A stretch of DNA of 63,980 bases, counting the filler, from Reclinomonas americana ATCC 50394 (Eukaryota), in the NCBI GenBank assembly GCA_048213135.1. It is 13 parts of 13 records of this genome, joined end to end, with 100 filler letters (N's around TTAATTAATTAA, not from the genome) between each part and the next. Parts side by side here need not be neighbours in the genome. Positions count along the whole stretch, not along the records: positions 37,827 to 53,875 come from AFZH01019823.1; 12 more parts are not named here. The stretch is one strand, 5' to 3'. Within the stretch, counting starts at the first letter, position 1. Each line of letters begins with the position of its first letter. The position numbers and the translations under genes were made by a program. Under the pieces are notes generated by a model that was given only the letters and a program-made list of their open reading frames with translations, was not told the origin of the DNA and ran no database searches. This document shows, one piece after another, positions 37,727-50,536 of this stretch.

Positions 37727-39792
37727 NNNNNNNNNNNNNNNNNNNNNNNNNNNNNNNNNNNNNNNNNNNNTTAATTAATTAANNNNNNNNNNNNNNNNNN
37801 NNNNNNNNNNNNNNNNNNNNNNNNNNACAGGCGTGAGAGAGAGAGAGAGAGAGTGCGTCTCGTTCGGTAGTGAAGTGGGCACTTGAGTCGTAGAACCGTG
37901 GTGCTGCGTGCTGCTTGTTCACTTGCATTCCACGATCCTCTTCGTCATGCCGTCCTCTCCCCGCTCTTTGTTCCCTTGGCTCGCCACTCTTTTTCCTTTG
38001 TTGCCTCTCCCTCCACCTCCCTCCCACCCTTCCTCTTCTGCTTCAAAAGTGGCCATTCATTGTGCGGAGTTCCTTCAACACACACGCAGAAGCTCAGGGG
38101 AATCAGAACAGGGGGCGGGCCCTTGTCTTACCACCAGCTGTAGACGTCGCTGGCCGCCGTGGCCGCCGAGGCGGCAGCTGCATCGAAACAAGGAGGTGAG
38201 ACGTTTGCGAGGGCGGCAAGCAGCCATGTCCATAGTACACGCACCGCCCGCATAGTCGCCGCTGGCCGCTTCCACCACGCCAGTCACGCCAGCCACCACC
38301 GCACCGAACAATGAGCCAGTCGAGGATCCAGAGCTGCTGTCCATGGTTGTTTTGTTGTTGAGGTTGTTGTTGCTCACAAGAAGAGAGAGAGAAAGGCGAT
38401 GGTGAGAGCAAGTGCCAAACTCGACGCAATTTATACCGGCGCCGTCAACTACATGTCCATTTGACATGCATGTGAGGTTGAGGTGGGAGCTGCGTCGACT
38501 GGACATCAATGAGTGTCAAAACCTGCCAGCCACACTCGACAGTGGCTCGACACTCGTCTCACTCGCGGGTGAGTGGCCGGGCGGATATCAGTCGCGGCAA
38601 TCATCGCCCAGGATGGACGACTGCAGCAATAACTGCAGTGATCCGAGCAGCAGCAACACATCAGCAGTGTTCTCTGCAATCGTGCACGACTGGAAGCCAC
38701 CATGGTGGAGAGTTCTAAGCTCAGAGACGCGTCGTACCAGCAATGAAGGGAACTCGGCAATTTCCAAAACCAGAGAGGATTTTGAGGTCGTACAAGAGTG
38801 AATTTGGTGCTGATTACCCAGACTTGTTTGGAGATGAACTTGCGGGGAGTTTTATGCTTCAGCATTCCAAAAAAGAAGGCTTGCTGGTGTGAACACAGAA
38901 AAACTTTATCGAAATCGGACAATCGACAAGAAGTGATACCAATATCCACTTCCACCACAGCCACCACCACCAACACCGAAAATCCAACCGCATGCTAAGC
39001 AGCTGCAGGATCACGTGCACTCTTTGTGTGACCACCAGAAACGAACGCTCGCTGCGCGAGACATCCCAGAAACACCTATCGCGAGAAAAGTCGGTGCAGA
39101 CAGCCACGCCAACGTCTGCAAGAGCTCGATCTCGAAGACTCGGGCCGCAGTTTCAACCCTGCACCTCACTCGGCCACCAGGTCCACTGTGATTCACATGC
39201 AACCATCGTGGATTCGAATTCGGACATCGATATTCATCGTCGCGTTGCCGCGCGCTGCAGTGCATCGAAGCTCCCGATCCTCGAGTGAACGCACACCCAC
39301 ACGCGTACTGTCGAGACAGGCGTTCTGACAAGAGGCGGACCTCTGTCATCAAAAAAAGCGGTTTCGACCTCCTGCCGTTGTACATGTTTGATTCGCACCC
39401 GCTCCTCTGTCATCACACAACATTCCCCACCTACCCCTCTTCTCCTCACCTACCCCCTCTCCCCCTCTCCCCACCACCCCTCCCTCCCTCCTTCCCTTTC
39501 AACTCCTGTTTCTCCCCACTGCATGAAATTAGACAAACCTCAAATTCACCACTTCCCCCACTTCCCCACATGCGCTCCACGCGCGCGTCACAGCACCCTG
39601 CTCCCCGCACCACCACGCACCTCCACACCCCACACTCACTCCCGCGATAATTGATGAACTTGAAGCCGGTTGTTCGACAAAGCAGGCCCTCCAATAGAAC
39701 GCTGACTCACCGTCCGAACTCTCACGCTCAGCCGCCCGAACAAATGCCACACAATTTTTTCGCAACGTGCGTGGAGAGCAGAGCAATAGATA

Positions 39793-41538
39793 ATGATGGC
39801 ACTGCAACACCCAGGCGCTACCTCTCCCCAACCACCACCACCAGCAGCTGCAACCGAAGACGTGCCCACTGCTGCAGTCATTGCCTCGCCCTCGGCGCAC
39901 CAGAGAAGGCGCAACAGTGTGAAACGCCCTGCGCAACTCATGGTGGAGGTGCATGAGGAGGACGACGACGATGACGAGGTGACTATGATGGATACGGAGG
40001 ACGGCGACGATGACGACGACGACGATGAGCTCGAGGAGGAGGAGGAGGAGGGGGAGGCGGACGAGGACCGTGGGCGTGTTCCGAAGTTGATTGTGACGCC
40101 CAGCGTCGCCTCGGCCTCTGCTGCTGCATCAGCTGCCACACCGGCTACTGCATCAGCGAGGAAGGCGTGTCGTGTGCCGTTCACCAAGGCGCAGCGGGAG
40201 CGACTGAGAGAGGCTTTTGAGCAGAGCCCGTATCCGAGTCGGTCAGTGCGCGCACTGTGCTTCGTTGCTTTGCCTGTCTGTCTGTCTCTCAACTCTGGAT
40301 GCGCGCACAGGCAAGTCATTGCGCAGCTGGCGGGCGAGCTGAACCGCACTGCGCGTTCCATTCGCGTCTGGTTCAACAACACGCGTCTCCGGTACGTCAG
40401 TGTATTTCGAACCCATCAGCTCAGTGTGCCCAGCTGCCCCCTCACCAGTGCTTCTGTGGACAGTGATGGAAAGGATCGTGCGCAGCAGCAGCAGCAGCAA
40501 CTGTTGCACGCGCGAGTGAGCTTGTTGCGGGCGAGGTCGACATCGCCGAGTGGGATTCGCGCGGGATCGTCGCCATGTGGCACTCCGCAGAGTATGTCTG
40601 GCGATATGCCGTCTCCGTTTGCGGAGCAGCATCAGCAGCAGCACTATGGCAGTGGAGCGGAGCCGGCGTACAAGAGGAGGCGCACGGATTCGTTGTCGCA
40701 GGCCTATTCGCCCATGTCGCTCGCCACACCCATGTCGGCGACTCTGTCTCCGTTGCGTATGATGCATACGCCGCCTCCACCCATGCCGACGGTGCTGGGG
40801 ACTCCCTCCTCCGGGAATGCCATGGGATACATGTTTCCGATGATGTCGTTGCCGCCGACGCCGGTTATGACGCCGACGACGATGATGACGCCGACGCACT
40901 TGTCGGTGTCGACGCTGATGCACGCGCACATGGGCGGCAGTCCGTCACCACCACCACCACCACCACCGGCCATGACGATGATGCATCACGCGTCGCCGTC
41001 GGTCATTACGCCGGTGCCACCGCCCATGCATGTCGTCACCATGCCGGCATTCTCCTTTGCCTTTCCACCCATGCAGCAGCAACAGCAGCAGCAGCAGCAA
41101 TTGCCCCAGCAGCCGCTGCTGGTCAGACCTCGTGCGTCGCCACCACCATCATCGCCACCACCACCACCACCGCCACCACCACCCGCGCCATCAAGCAGCG
41201 AGACGTCATTGCCGACCGCCGCTGCTGAGCCACCACCACCACCACCGCCAGCAGCGCCTGCCGTGTCGCCTGCCAACCTCCCGTCGCCGACAACTCCCCA
41301 CGACGTTCCTGTGGAGACCCGACCACCGCCACGCTTTGCGGGTGTGGCGAGCCTGACTATGCTGCCGCCGACGGCGCTCATTGGCGCTTCGTCGGCGCCA
41401 GTGTCGCGCTCGAATCACTCGGTGCACACGGGCATCACCCCGACGACGCCGGCGACGAACTACTTGCTGCTTGACTTGTCGCCGGTGTCGCCCTCGGGCA
41501 TGACGCCGCTGTTCCCCAGTGGCAGCGACAGCTGGCAA

Positions 41539-41569
<31 letters not shown>

Positions 41570-41826
41570 CACCACAATCGCAGCAGCAGCAACAGCTGCA
41601 GCCGCAACAACAGCAACAGCAGCAGCTGCAGCAGAGTGCACTGCTGTCTGCGCAGATGGCCATGCAGCAACGGCGACTGCAGCTGCTGGCAGCGCCGACG
41701 ACGCTTGCACTCTCCAGCACACCATCGCCGTCGTGGGACGACAATGCCGAGTTTGTCGGCAGCGGCGGCACGTGGAATCAAATCTTTGCGTCACGCAGTG
41801 GCGCAGAGCCGTCGCCGCCGGCATGA
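39793..41826 (+). CDS. Homeodomain transcription factor with acidic N-terminus and Pro/Gln/Ser-rich tail
   Basis: RKACRVPFTKAQRERLREAFEQSPYPSR|QVIAQLAGELNRTARSIRVWFNNTRLR (about 40158-40393), with an in-frame intron inside the homeobox. Confidence 0.88.
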
Positions 41827-41944
41827 GTGCCCCCCTGTATCACTACCCTTTCCCCCCCTCTCAAAAAAACATAATTATGGACTGTTATTGTACTAGACGA
41901 AACCACTTGTTTGCATTGTGAACATTAATTGCTTTTCATTCGGA

Positions 41945-44900
41945 TTACATGCACACGGGAACGTGGCTGTGAAGGAAATCCCAGTCCCTCAAGTCGCGTA
42001 TTACATCGTCACCGGGCAGTGTGGCATACGACTGTGTGCAGATGATGATGATGATGATGGTAAGTACGTGGCGACAAAGGGGGGTACAGCGTGGGAGGGG
42101 AGAATGGACGCTCACCGTCGCCTGTCCTCGCAGCTTCTTACCGGCGAGATCTGCCGGTGTGCGCAGCATGCGAGCCTCATGCGCGGCCACCAGCGCGTCA
42201 AACTGCACACAAGTCAGTGAAACACAGTTCGTTGCACACACGGCAATCACCCCAAGACACGACTCACCTCCGTCTCAAACGCCTCCATAATCGGCCGCTG
42301 CGACTCGAGGATTGTGACGCGCACAAACTCCATCGATGTGTCGGGGTGCGTCTGGAAGTATTCGACAATGGTGGCCAGAATGACATGAGCGGATCTGTGC
42401 ATTACGCATAAACATGAGCGACAATCATCGCAGTACGGCGCGGTGGTGGCGGGCGAGCACGGGAGTACGCAACACTGCAGGCGGGCACGAGTACACGCCC
42501 GTGGCCAAGGCCGGCATGGCAACGCTGCACAGGTTGTACTCGTCGGCCGTCGCCATGATGGAGAGCACGGCCGCTGACAGTGTCTCCTCGTGAGCTCGCT
42601 CGCCGGCTTCGGGCGGCGATCGGAAGTCAGGTGGAACCACGTGGAACACAAACGCAGACGGCAGCGCGCCGGCACTCGTCACCACCACGTCGCCAGCCGC
42701 CAAGCATTGCCGATCGCCAATAATTGCCGCGCACTCGGCGGCCAGGCCTGCACCAGCACGACGCACGAGCTCCGACGGCAGACCCGCCGTCATGTCCAGT
42801 GTCAAGTTGGCGGGGCACACCAGACCCTCGGCATCCTCTGCCAGCAGGTCACCCGTGCGAATCTGCAGCAAGTGAATCAGAAAGTCGTGTGATTGGCATA
42901 CGGTGGTGCACAGCAGCACAGTACCTCCATAACACGACCGCTGCGAGTGCGCAGTTGTCGCGAGAGACCACGAAGTGAGGCCGCGTCAGCTGCGCAGTTA
43001 CACAAGGAATGAGTGCACTCTCTACGAAGAAATCATTCAACAGCAAGCAATCACGAACCAGCCACATAGCCCGCATGCACATACTCTACCACCTGATCCA
43101 TCCGCGCGGGCTCTGCCGCCGCCGCCGCCGTCTCCTCGACCGCACGCTGGTGAGCAGGTGTGCTGCTCAGTAACCTCTTGAGGTCGGCCTTCCAGTGCAT
43201 GTCCTGCATTGAGCCCCCCGGCAAACAAGTGAGGATTGGAGACGGAAACAAAGGATGCACACACACACGCGCGCTGTGCTCACCTTGCCAGCATGGGCGA
43301 GGACACGAGCCATCTCCTCGGCCACACGCGACACGCGCAGCCACTGCTGCTGCGGGTCGAGCATCTCCAGCAATCCACCGGCATCCATCTCTGCAACACA
43401 CACACGCGTGAGTCCACCGCCACACCACATTCGCCATTCTCCCCAACACACAAACCGTGCTTCTTGAGCGCGCGTGCTTCCTGCGGGAACACCGGCTGGC
43501 ACGCACGAAGCAGCACCGATGGCTCCCACAGCTTGGAGTCCGCCGTGGGGGTGCGGCCGCGTCCGTCGAGCGCCGCCTCCAACATGCTCCATAGAAACGG
43601 AGAGAGGACGGGCACGCCGGCGGGCAGCGGACGACCCTCGCACATGAGCTTGGCGAGGATGCGGCCGAGAGCCACATCCGAGTCCGCCGACTCGCGCGCA
43701 CCCACATCGACAGTATGTGTGTTGAACAGCACGCAGCGGCCGCCTTCGCCCGCGGTGAGCATCTTGGATTCGGCGAGGCCACGACCGAGAACCTGTGAGG
43801 TATGTGTGTGTGCGTGATCAGCACATGCGTGGTGAAGAACGAAAGGCAAGCACGGGAGACGCGCAACATTTGACACATAGGCGTCCGGCATGTCGGCACG
43901 CAGCAGCTTGTCTGCGCTCATTCTCTTGACCTCGATTAGCAATTCAGGCGTGGTCTGCACGTCGCTCTGCGACGACCAGCACGCATGAGTCACTCAAGCA
44001 AGACACTGGCGAGTGAGACATTCTGCTGTCTCACCGATGCAGGCATCATCATCTCCTCCTGCGCGTCGTGAAGACGCTCGAGCTCCAGCACTCGCCGCTC
44101 CGCGTACTGCGCCGGCGACAAATTGGGGTGCAGCGCGAAGTACGCATGCTGCGCCGTGGCACTCTCGTGTGACATGAGGATCTCGGGGCGTGGAGTGCGG
44201 CACGCGGCGGTGAGCACATCGATGCCAAGTGGCTGCGTGACGCGGCATGCATTGTCGCAGGCACGGCGGGCGGTGGTCGCCAGCTGGAACAGGTATGACT
44301 GGAAAGGTGGAAGGGAAAGTGAGTGAATAAAGGAAAGGGTGGAAAGGGTGGAAGGAGGAAGGTGGCAAGGAGGAAGAGGGCGAAAGGGAAAGTGGTATGG
44401 AAAGGGGAAAGCGTGGAAAAGCAAAGGAGTAAGGGGCGGAACAGAAAGGCAGAGAAGGGAAGTGAAGGGTGACGGTGGACGGCAAGAGAAGAACGGGAAA
44501 GGGTGGAAGGAGGAAGGTGGCACGGAGAGAGTGAAGGTGAGGGTTGATGGGAAAGGGCGAAAGGGAAGTGGAAGGGAAAGGGTACAGCGTGGAAGAGCAA
44601 AGGTGTAAGGGGCAGGGCGGAACAGAAAGGCAGAAGAGAGTGAGGTTGGGAGTCTTCAGATTGCTGGTCGGACTCACCACCACGCTACCACGCGACAAGC
44701 TGGGAGGCAGATCACCGCGCATCTCCAACAGACTGCACGCCAGCGAGAAGCGGAAGTAGCGAGTGGCCACCCACACCGGATCCGAGTTGACGGTCACCGA
44801 GGAGTAGTCGCACGCCGGCGGCATGTACACCAGGTTGGCCAGATTGCGCGCCATGGTGAGTTCGAGCACCAATTGCGCAATGCAGTCCGAGGCGCGCTCC

Positions 44901-46560
44901 ATCGCCACCGTCATCAATGTGCCACGCTGTGGCGACTCGTACAACAATTGTTCGTCCGTGGCCTGCTCGAGGGGCGCGGAGTGTGAGCAAGGAGGAGAAG
45001 ACACATCAAACAGGAGTGTACGGGAGACGCAACACAGCGCATCAAGGCCTCGACAACGAGTATTCGCTCCTCCTCCTGTTCCGTGATGCTCTCCGCCACA
45101 CTCTCGTCGTCGTCGAGCAGCGCATCCTTGACAGACATCGAGGAAGCGGCGGCGCCGTTTCCGAGCGCCAGCATCAGCACAGTGGTGCCCGAGGCATCGG
45201 GTGTGGCCAGGTTGGCCAGCAGGACCTCCTCGGCATCGTCAAAGTCGTCCTCCAGCAGCCAGAGGAGAGCCAGCGGGTAGAACGCGGCCATTTGGTGGAG
45301 CGGAGTCGTTCCGTTTTCTGCAAGAGGCAATTGTTTGTTGAGTGTCACATAAAGAGACACAACAGAATGCAGAGCATGCGCACCACTGACGGTGAGCGCC
45401 TCGGCGGGAACCACGGTCAGCGCACGGCGCAAGAGCGCGCCGTTGCCACGGAACGCGAGTTGTGACAGCAGGTTGGCCGAGAAGAACATGTCGGGATTGA
45501 AATTGCCACCAAATCCGCGGAAGCCACCACCACCGCCACCGCCGTTACTACCACCACCACCGCCACCACCACGCCAGTCGTCGGTTCGTCTCCTCTTGTA
45601 CGGTCCCGACTCATCGTCGTCACCGCCACTGCCATCGCCGCCGCCGCTACCGTCTTCGTCGTCGTCGTGCGCATCGTCCGAGTCTCCGGAATCGATGCCG
45701 CGCTTGCCGCCGCCAAGAATGGCGTCGGTACTGGCCGGCACCACGTACACGCGGTGCGGCAGCGAGAGGGAGCCATCGGCGGCACCCAGCACCACGTCGC
45801 ATGCGCCAGGTGATTCGAGGAGCACGCACACCAGCACCGACTCCTCGGCGAGACCGAGCCCCTGCGAACCGGGAGGCAGATAGAATGGGCCGGCCACGAC
45901 GCGCGCCACTTGTGGACTCGCCGGCACGTTGTAGGTGGTGGAGCTGAAAGCGTGCGCTCGATCCACATCGTGGAAGCGACGGCGACTCGCGTCGCTCACT
46001 CGTTGCGTGAACTGCAGCCACACTGGCGACTGCTGGTTCGGCGGCGGCGACAGCATGTACTCGCTGGCCGTCGGCGTCAGCGCAAACACCGAGGCACTTC
46101 GCTCGCCAGAGACGTTCAAGTGCTGGAACGAAGGCATGAGCGGCGGGCGCGCGGGTTGGCGAACTGCGAATGGGAATGAGGCGGCGAAGGGAGACGGGAG
46201 GCAAGTGAAGGAGACGCAACGAGGTGTGGCCACGTCGGTCAAGCGCAGGCGCACGAGAAAGTCGCCAAGGCGCAACGTGCGCACGCCCATTTTCTCGTCC
46301 TCGGCCGCTTGCTCTGCGTCCTCCTCCTCCTCCTCTTCATCCTCGTCCTGGCCGTCCACCGACATGGACGGCTTGCCAGCAAAGTGCCACTCACGCGACC
46401 GCGTGTACGTAACGTCAATGGCCGAGGCCACACACAGGCGCAAGCCGGTGCAGGAGGGGCTCAGTGGGGCGCTGAGCAGGACCGTCGATGATGATGATGA
46501 TGATGATGGCGAGGAGGCGGCGGCGGAGTACAGCAGTTGTGGGGTGACCGGCAAGAGGAA
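41945..46560 (-). CDS. Large multidomain protein: ankyrin-like segment, degenerate HECT-like segment and C-terminal macrodomain
   Basis: Macrodomain IRTGDLLAEDAEGLVCPAN...GDVVVTSAGALPSAFVFHVVPP...SVAMPALATGVYSCP (about 42480-42865). Ankyrin-like NGTTPLHQMA and DASGTTVLMLA. HECT N-lobe-like LGRILAKLMCEGRPLP..LSPFLWSML. Start not resolved. Confidence 0.7.
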
Positions 46561-46701
46561 GCCGGCGACGGGGGCGTTGGTGGGGAGCTAATGGGGGGGA
46601 AGGGGAGGGGGAAGGAGAGGGGGGAAGGGAAGAGAGGATGTAAGGAGAAGTAAAGACGAAGGGAATTAGAAGGAGGGGGAAAGGGAGGAACGATCGTAAT
46701 G

Positions 46702-46885
46702 CTTCGCACGAAGCGCAACTCGCTCTTTGCTCTCGCTCATAGACTCACTAGGAAACACGTTAACAACAGCGACTAATCTTGGGGAAAGGGAGGAAAGATT
46801 GTATACTTCGCACGAAGCGCAAGTCGCTCTTTGCTCTCGCTCATAGACTCACTAGAAAAAGCACGTTAACAACAGCGACTAATCT
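46702..46885. repeat. Direct duplication of a ~78-80 bp unit
   Basis: CTTCGCACGAAGCGCAA.TCGCTCTTTGCTCTCGCTCATAGACTCACTAG...CACGTTAACAACAGCGACTAATCT at 46702-46779 and 46806-46885. Confidence 0.92.
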
Positions 46886-47369
46886 AATGCACACGATTAA
46901 CTCCGCCACTCTCTCTACGTTGCAATGAATTTCAATCGATGACGATTGACAATCAAACAGGTGAATACAAACGTTCTAGCTGTGTCGATGCCTCACTACA
47001 TGCGACGTGACAACGGGTAGCAAGGAGACCACGTTACAAGGAAGGAGGCGGAGGAGAAGGAGGAGGAAGCTGATGAGCGTCTGATTAACGAACTTCACAG
47101 CGGTATGCATATTAGTGGAGAAGCAGGAAGCCACATTCAACAGAGCATACAAACAGCCTGGCTGGCATCAAGAAGAGAAGGCATCCGTCTCACTACGGCG
47201 CAAGACGCATCAAGAGCAGGAGACATGCTGGCATTCTCAATCCATCATCACACGAATGAAAAGACCTCAATCTCGCTTCGACACAAGCCGCATCAAGAGC
47301 AGCGAACCAGGCAGGAGTCAGACTGGCCTCTTCATCACATGCAACACGAGACGACCTCAACGTCACTAC

Positions 47370-47918
47370 GGCACAAGAAGCTCCAGAGAAGGCAAAGAAG
47401 CAGGGGGCAGACACGCCTCCACACTCTCCAACTATCCAACTGCGGCACACAAAGCTCCAGATAGAAAGCAAAGAAGCGGGAGACATGCAAGCCTCCACAC
47501 TCTCCACCTGTCTAACTGCGACACAATAAGCTCCACAAAAGGCAAAGCAGCAGAAGACAGGCAAGCTTCCACACTCTGCAACTCTCTAACTGCGACACAA
47601 GAAGCTCCAGATAGAAGGCAAAGAAGCAGGAGACAGGCAGGCCTTCACATCTAACTGTGGCACAAGAAGCTCCAGATACGAAGCAAAGCAGCAAGAGACA
47701 GGCAAGCCTCCACACACTTTCCAACTATCAAACTGCGACAAGAAGCTCCAGATAGAAAGCAAAGCGGCAGGGGACAGACAAGCCTCTACACTCTCCAACT
47801 CTCTAACTGTGGCACAAGAAGCTCCAGATACGAAGCAAAGCAGCAAGAGACAGGCAAGCTTCCACACTCTGCAACTATCCAACTGCGACACAAGAAGCTC
47901 CAGATAGAAAGCAAAGCT
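47370..47918. repeat. Minisatellite, ~72-bp unit, about 8 imperfect copies
   Basis: Unit CACAAGAAGCTCCAGATAGAAAGCAAAGCAGCAGGAGACAGGCAAGCCTCCACACTCTCCAACTATCCAACTGCG repeated head-to-tail. Confidence 0.93.
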
Positions 47919-48264
47919 GGCATCGTTCTGCCTAATTATCTGTTCTCATTCCCATGCTCACCACTACACTTCTCACGGTCTACACAGTACACGCTGCCAC
48001 ACTATAATCATATTTTCACAGGAGGCAGCCACGCGACCAATGCACCACTCAATAAAAAAGAAAAGAAGCAGCCACTCAACAAACAATAAACTGAAACCAA
48101 CACAACACGACCACCACACGAAAACAGCACCAAAAGCACAGCAAACGGTGACCAAAACACGAAGCAAAAAAAGACCGAGCGCGAGACACAAATCAATAAA
48201 TCATGCATCTGCGTCACTCTTTCTCTCACACACTCAACACACACAACACTCACACGAGGGAGAG

Positions 48265-48298
<34 letters not shown>

Positions 48299-48375
48299 CA
48301 TGTGGTGTGACTGTGTGTGTGACTGACTGTGTGGCCGCAAAGTCACTCGCGACCACACACTGAGACACACCACAC

Positions 48376-48425
<50 letters not shown>

Positions 48426-49297
48426 TCACACACACACACACACACACTCACACACGCACGCACACGCGCAAAGTTAAAACAGAAACAGTGTGTTGTTTCC
48501 CCCCCTTTCCCTCCTCTCTCTCCTCTCTCTCCTCTCTCTTTCCTCTTTTCTCTGTCTCTCTTACCTCAAAGCACATGAGATGTGGTCGACAATGCTCCAC
48601 ATATGCCATTGAGACACTCGTTGTGGTCATTGCTGATGACGCACAGTGGCCGTGTCGACATGCGACACTCTCCACGTGAATCATTCGTGTGTGAGAGAGA
48701 AAGAGTCACAGAGAGAAGAAAGAGTGAGTGTCTGTCTGTCTGTCTTCTTGTGTGGTTGTGCGTGCGTGCAACCGCCTGAGTGAAGTGTGTGTCAATGCGA
48801 CCTGGCCGCCGCCCAGGAATCTGGCTGCCTGGTGTTAGACAAGGGAATATCGACGCGTGCATTGGCCTGGCGGTGTTTCCCCTGTGTGCTGCGTGAGTTA
48901 GTGGGCGTGTGTGTCGTGTGTGTGCTTGGCGACTGTACTGGCGGTGTGTGTGGGCGTGTGTGTGATGGTTTTCTGTCGTGTACTCTATTCGAACATGGAT
49001 CCCGGTGATTGCCATTCTCGGCGGTGTACATATTTCACCACGGTTTTTTGTGTCGGGGTTTCACGTGCGATGCAAGGCGAGTTGGCGGCGGCTATCGGGT
49101 GGTGGGGGGGAGTGGAGATGGAGAGGAGAACTGAGTTGCAAAAATGATTCATTCGACCAAAAACAGCTGTTTTTATGAGATTTCTTCGCGGCAGGCCTAG
49201 GGAAATTGTGTGCGTGCGTTCTCTCTCGGATTATCGAAGATTTGCAGTTCGGCTTCCTCAGCCACGTATGCGCGTAGAGCTCCTGCACACTCAGCCA

Positions 49298-49592
49298 GTC
49301 ATGAGCCGTGGTTTCGAATTCTACACACAGTTGCAAGGAACCTCAAGATTGGTGTCTGTGTTGATGTTTTGGATACGCTGCGTTTGAACTTGGTCATCAA
49401 GACAGCTGTTGCATGTTTATTGGTGAATGAATTTGTTGTTGTCTTGCAGAAACGCCAGCATGCTGCCATCTCGACTTTTTCTCATTTTCCCCGTACGCGT
49501 GATATCGATGTCTGAGTTTCTCGTGCTCACTCAGATGGTGCTCATCATGCAGCTGTGTTGCTGTTTGGATTAGTAAAGTTGTTGTTGTTGTT
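49298..49592. repeat. Dispersed repeat family, copy B
   Basis: A contiguous version of the modules found at 22786-22940 and 23284-23378. Confidence 0.9.
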
Positions 49593-50536
49593 GCTGGTGC
49601 AGACTTGGGACCTCCGGACCTGATCCAGCGAAGGCCACCGCCGTTGCAGTCGAGTACGCGCGCTGCGATGCACGAGAGTCACGTCGCTACGCATGGCGCC
49701 GGAAACGGATCCGGAGCTGCTCTGCACAATTCAGTAGCCGCAGCTCAGTTGCAAGCTTCGGGATTCGCGCAGCTCCGATCCCGGCGCCGCCGCTGCAATT
49801 GCAAGGCGACCTGCCAAGTATCCGAACAGCGCTAGCTCCGTGTACGTGATCATGAACTGGCACCCACCCTTGTACAGTAAGTCATCCTCCGGCGACAGCT
49901 CCGACTGCGCGCCACAGCTCGTGGCACAGGCATCGATAAGCCGCGACCAGGCGACCCTGCAAGTTTGCCCGCCAAGAGTCGACTCTGGTTACATAACTTG
50001 GACACGGGAATCTCACGGAAGTGATATACCGCGCGCGGCCAGGCGACCTGCGGCACATCCGCGCAGTGGTCGCGCCGCCAGTTACTGGCACACGCCCTTA
50101 CGTATACCTCCCGCCGATCGCATGCATGTACACCGTCCGAATCAAGCCCACGCATCTCTCGCGACAGCGATCGATCAGCCACCACTGTGGGATCTGGCTC
50201 CCGACGCTGCAAGGCGACGGTCGAGAGAGAAGCTCCGCGTGCGGCATATTCCGTCACGCTAGATGTAGAAACAGCGCTAGCTGTTTTCGCTGCGTCGCGC
50301 TGACATGATAGTCCTCCTCCCCACCGTGGTGGCCTTCAAAACAGACAAGCAGCCAGCGTGGGTGGGTGGAGTGGAGTGGTGGACGCCTGCATGAACAGAG
50401 GGGACGACGGAGGAGCAGTTGGAATATGCCCATTTGGCGCCCACTCCTCCTGTGTTGACAAATGCGGAAGTCCGCCGGATGCAAAAAGAATTTCAGCAGT
50501 TGTTATTGAAGTCTCCTGTGTGGTGTTGTTTGATTA

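Noticed and set aside
37830..39400. Complex-looking sequence with several ORFs of 100-150 aa
   Set aside because: No recognisable domain or consistent exon chain; possibly a decayed element or UTR, but unsupported.
47370..47918. Possible CRISPR array
   Set aside because: The whole unit repeats with no unique spacers, there are no cas genes, and the context is eukaryotic; it is a minisatellite.
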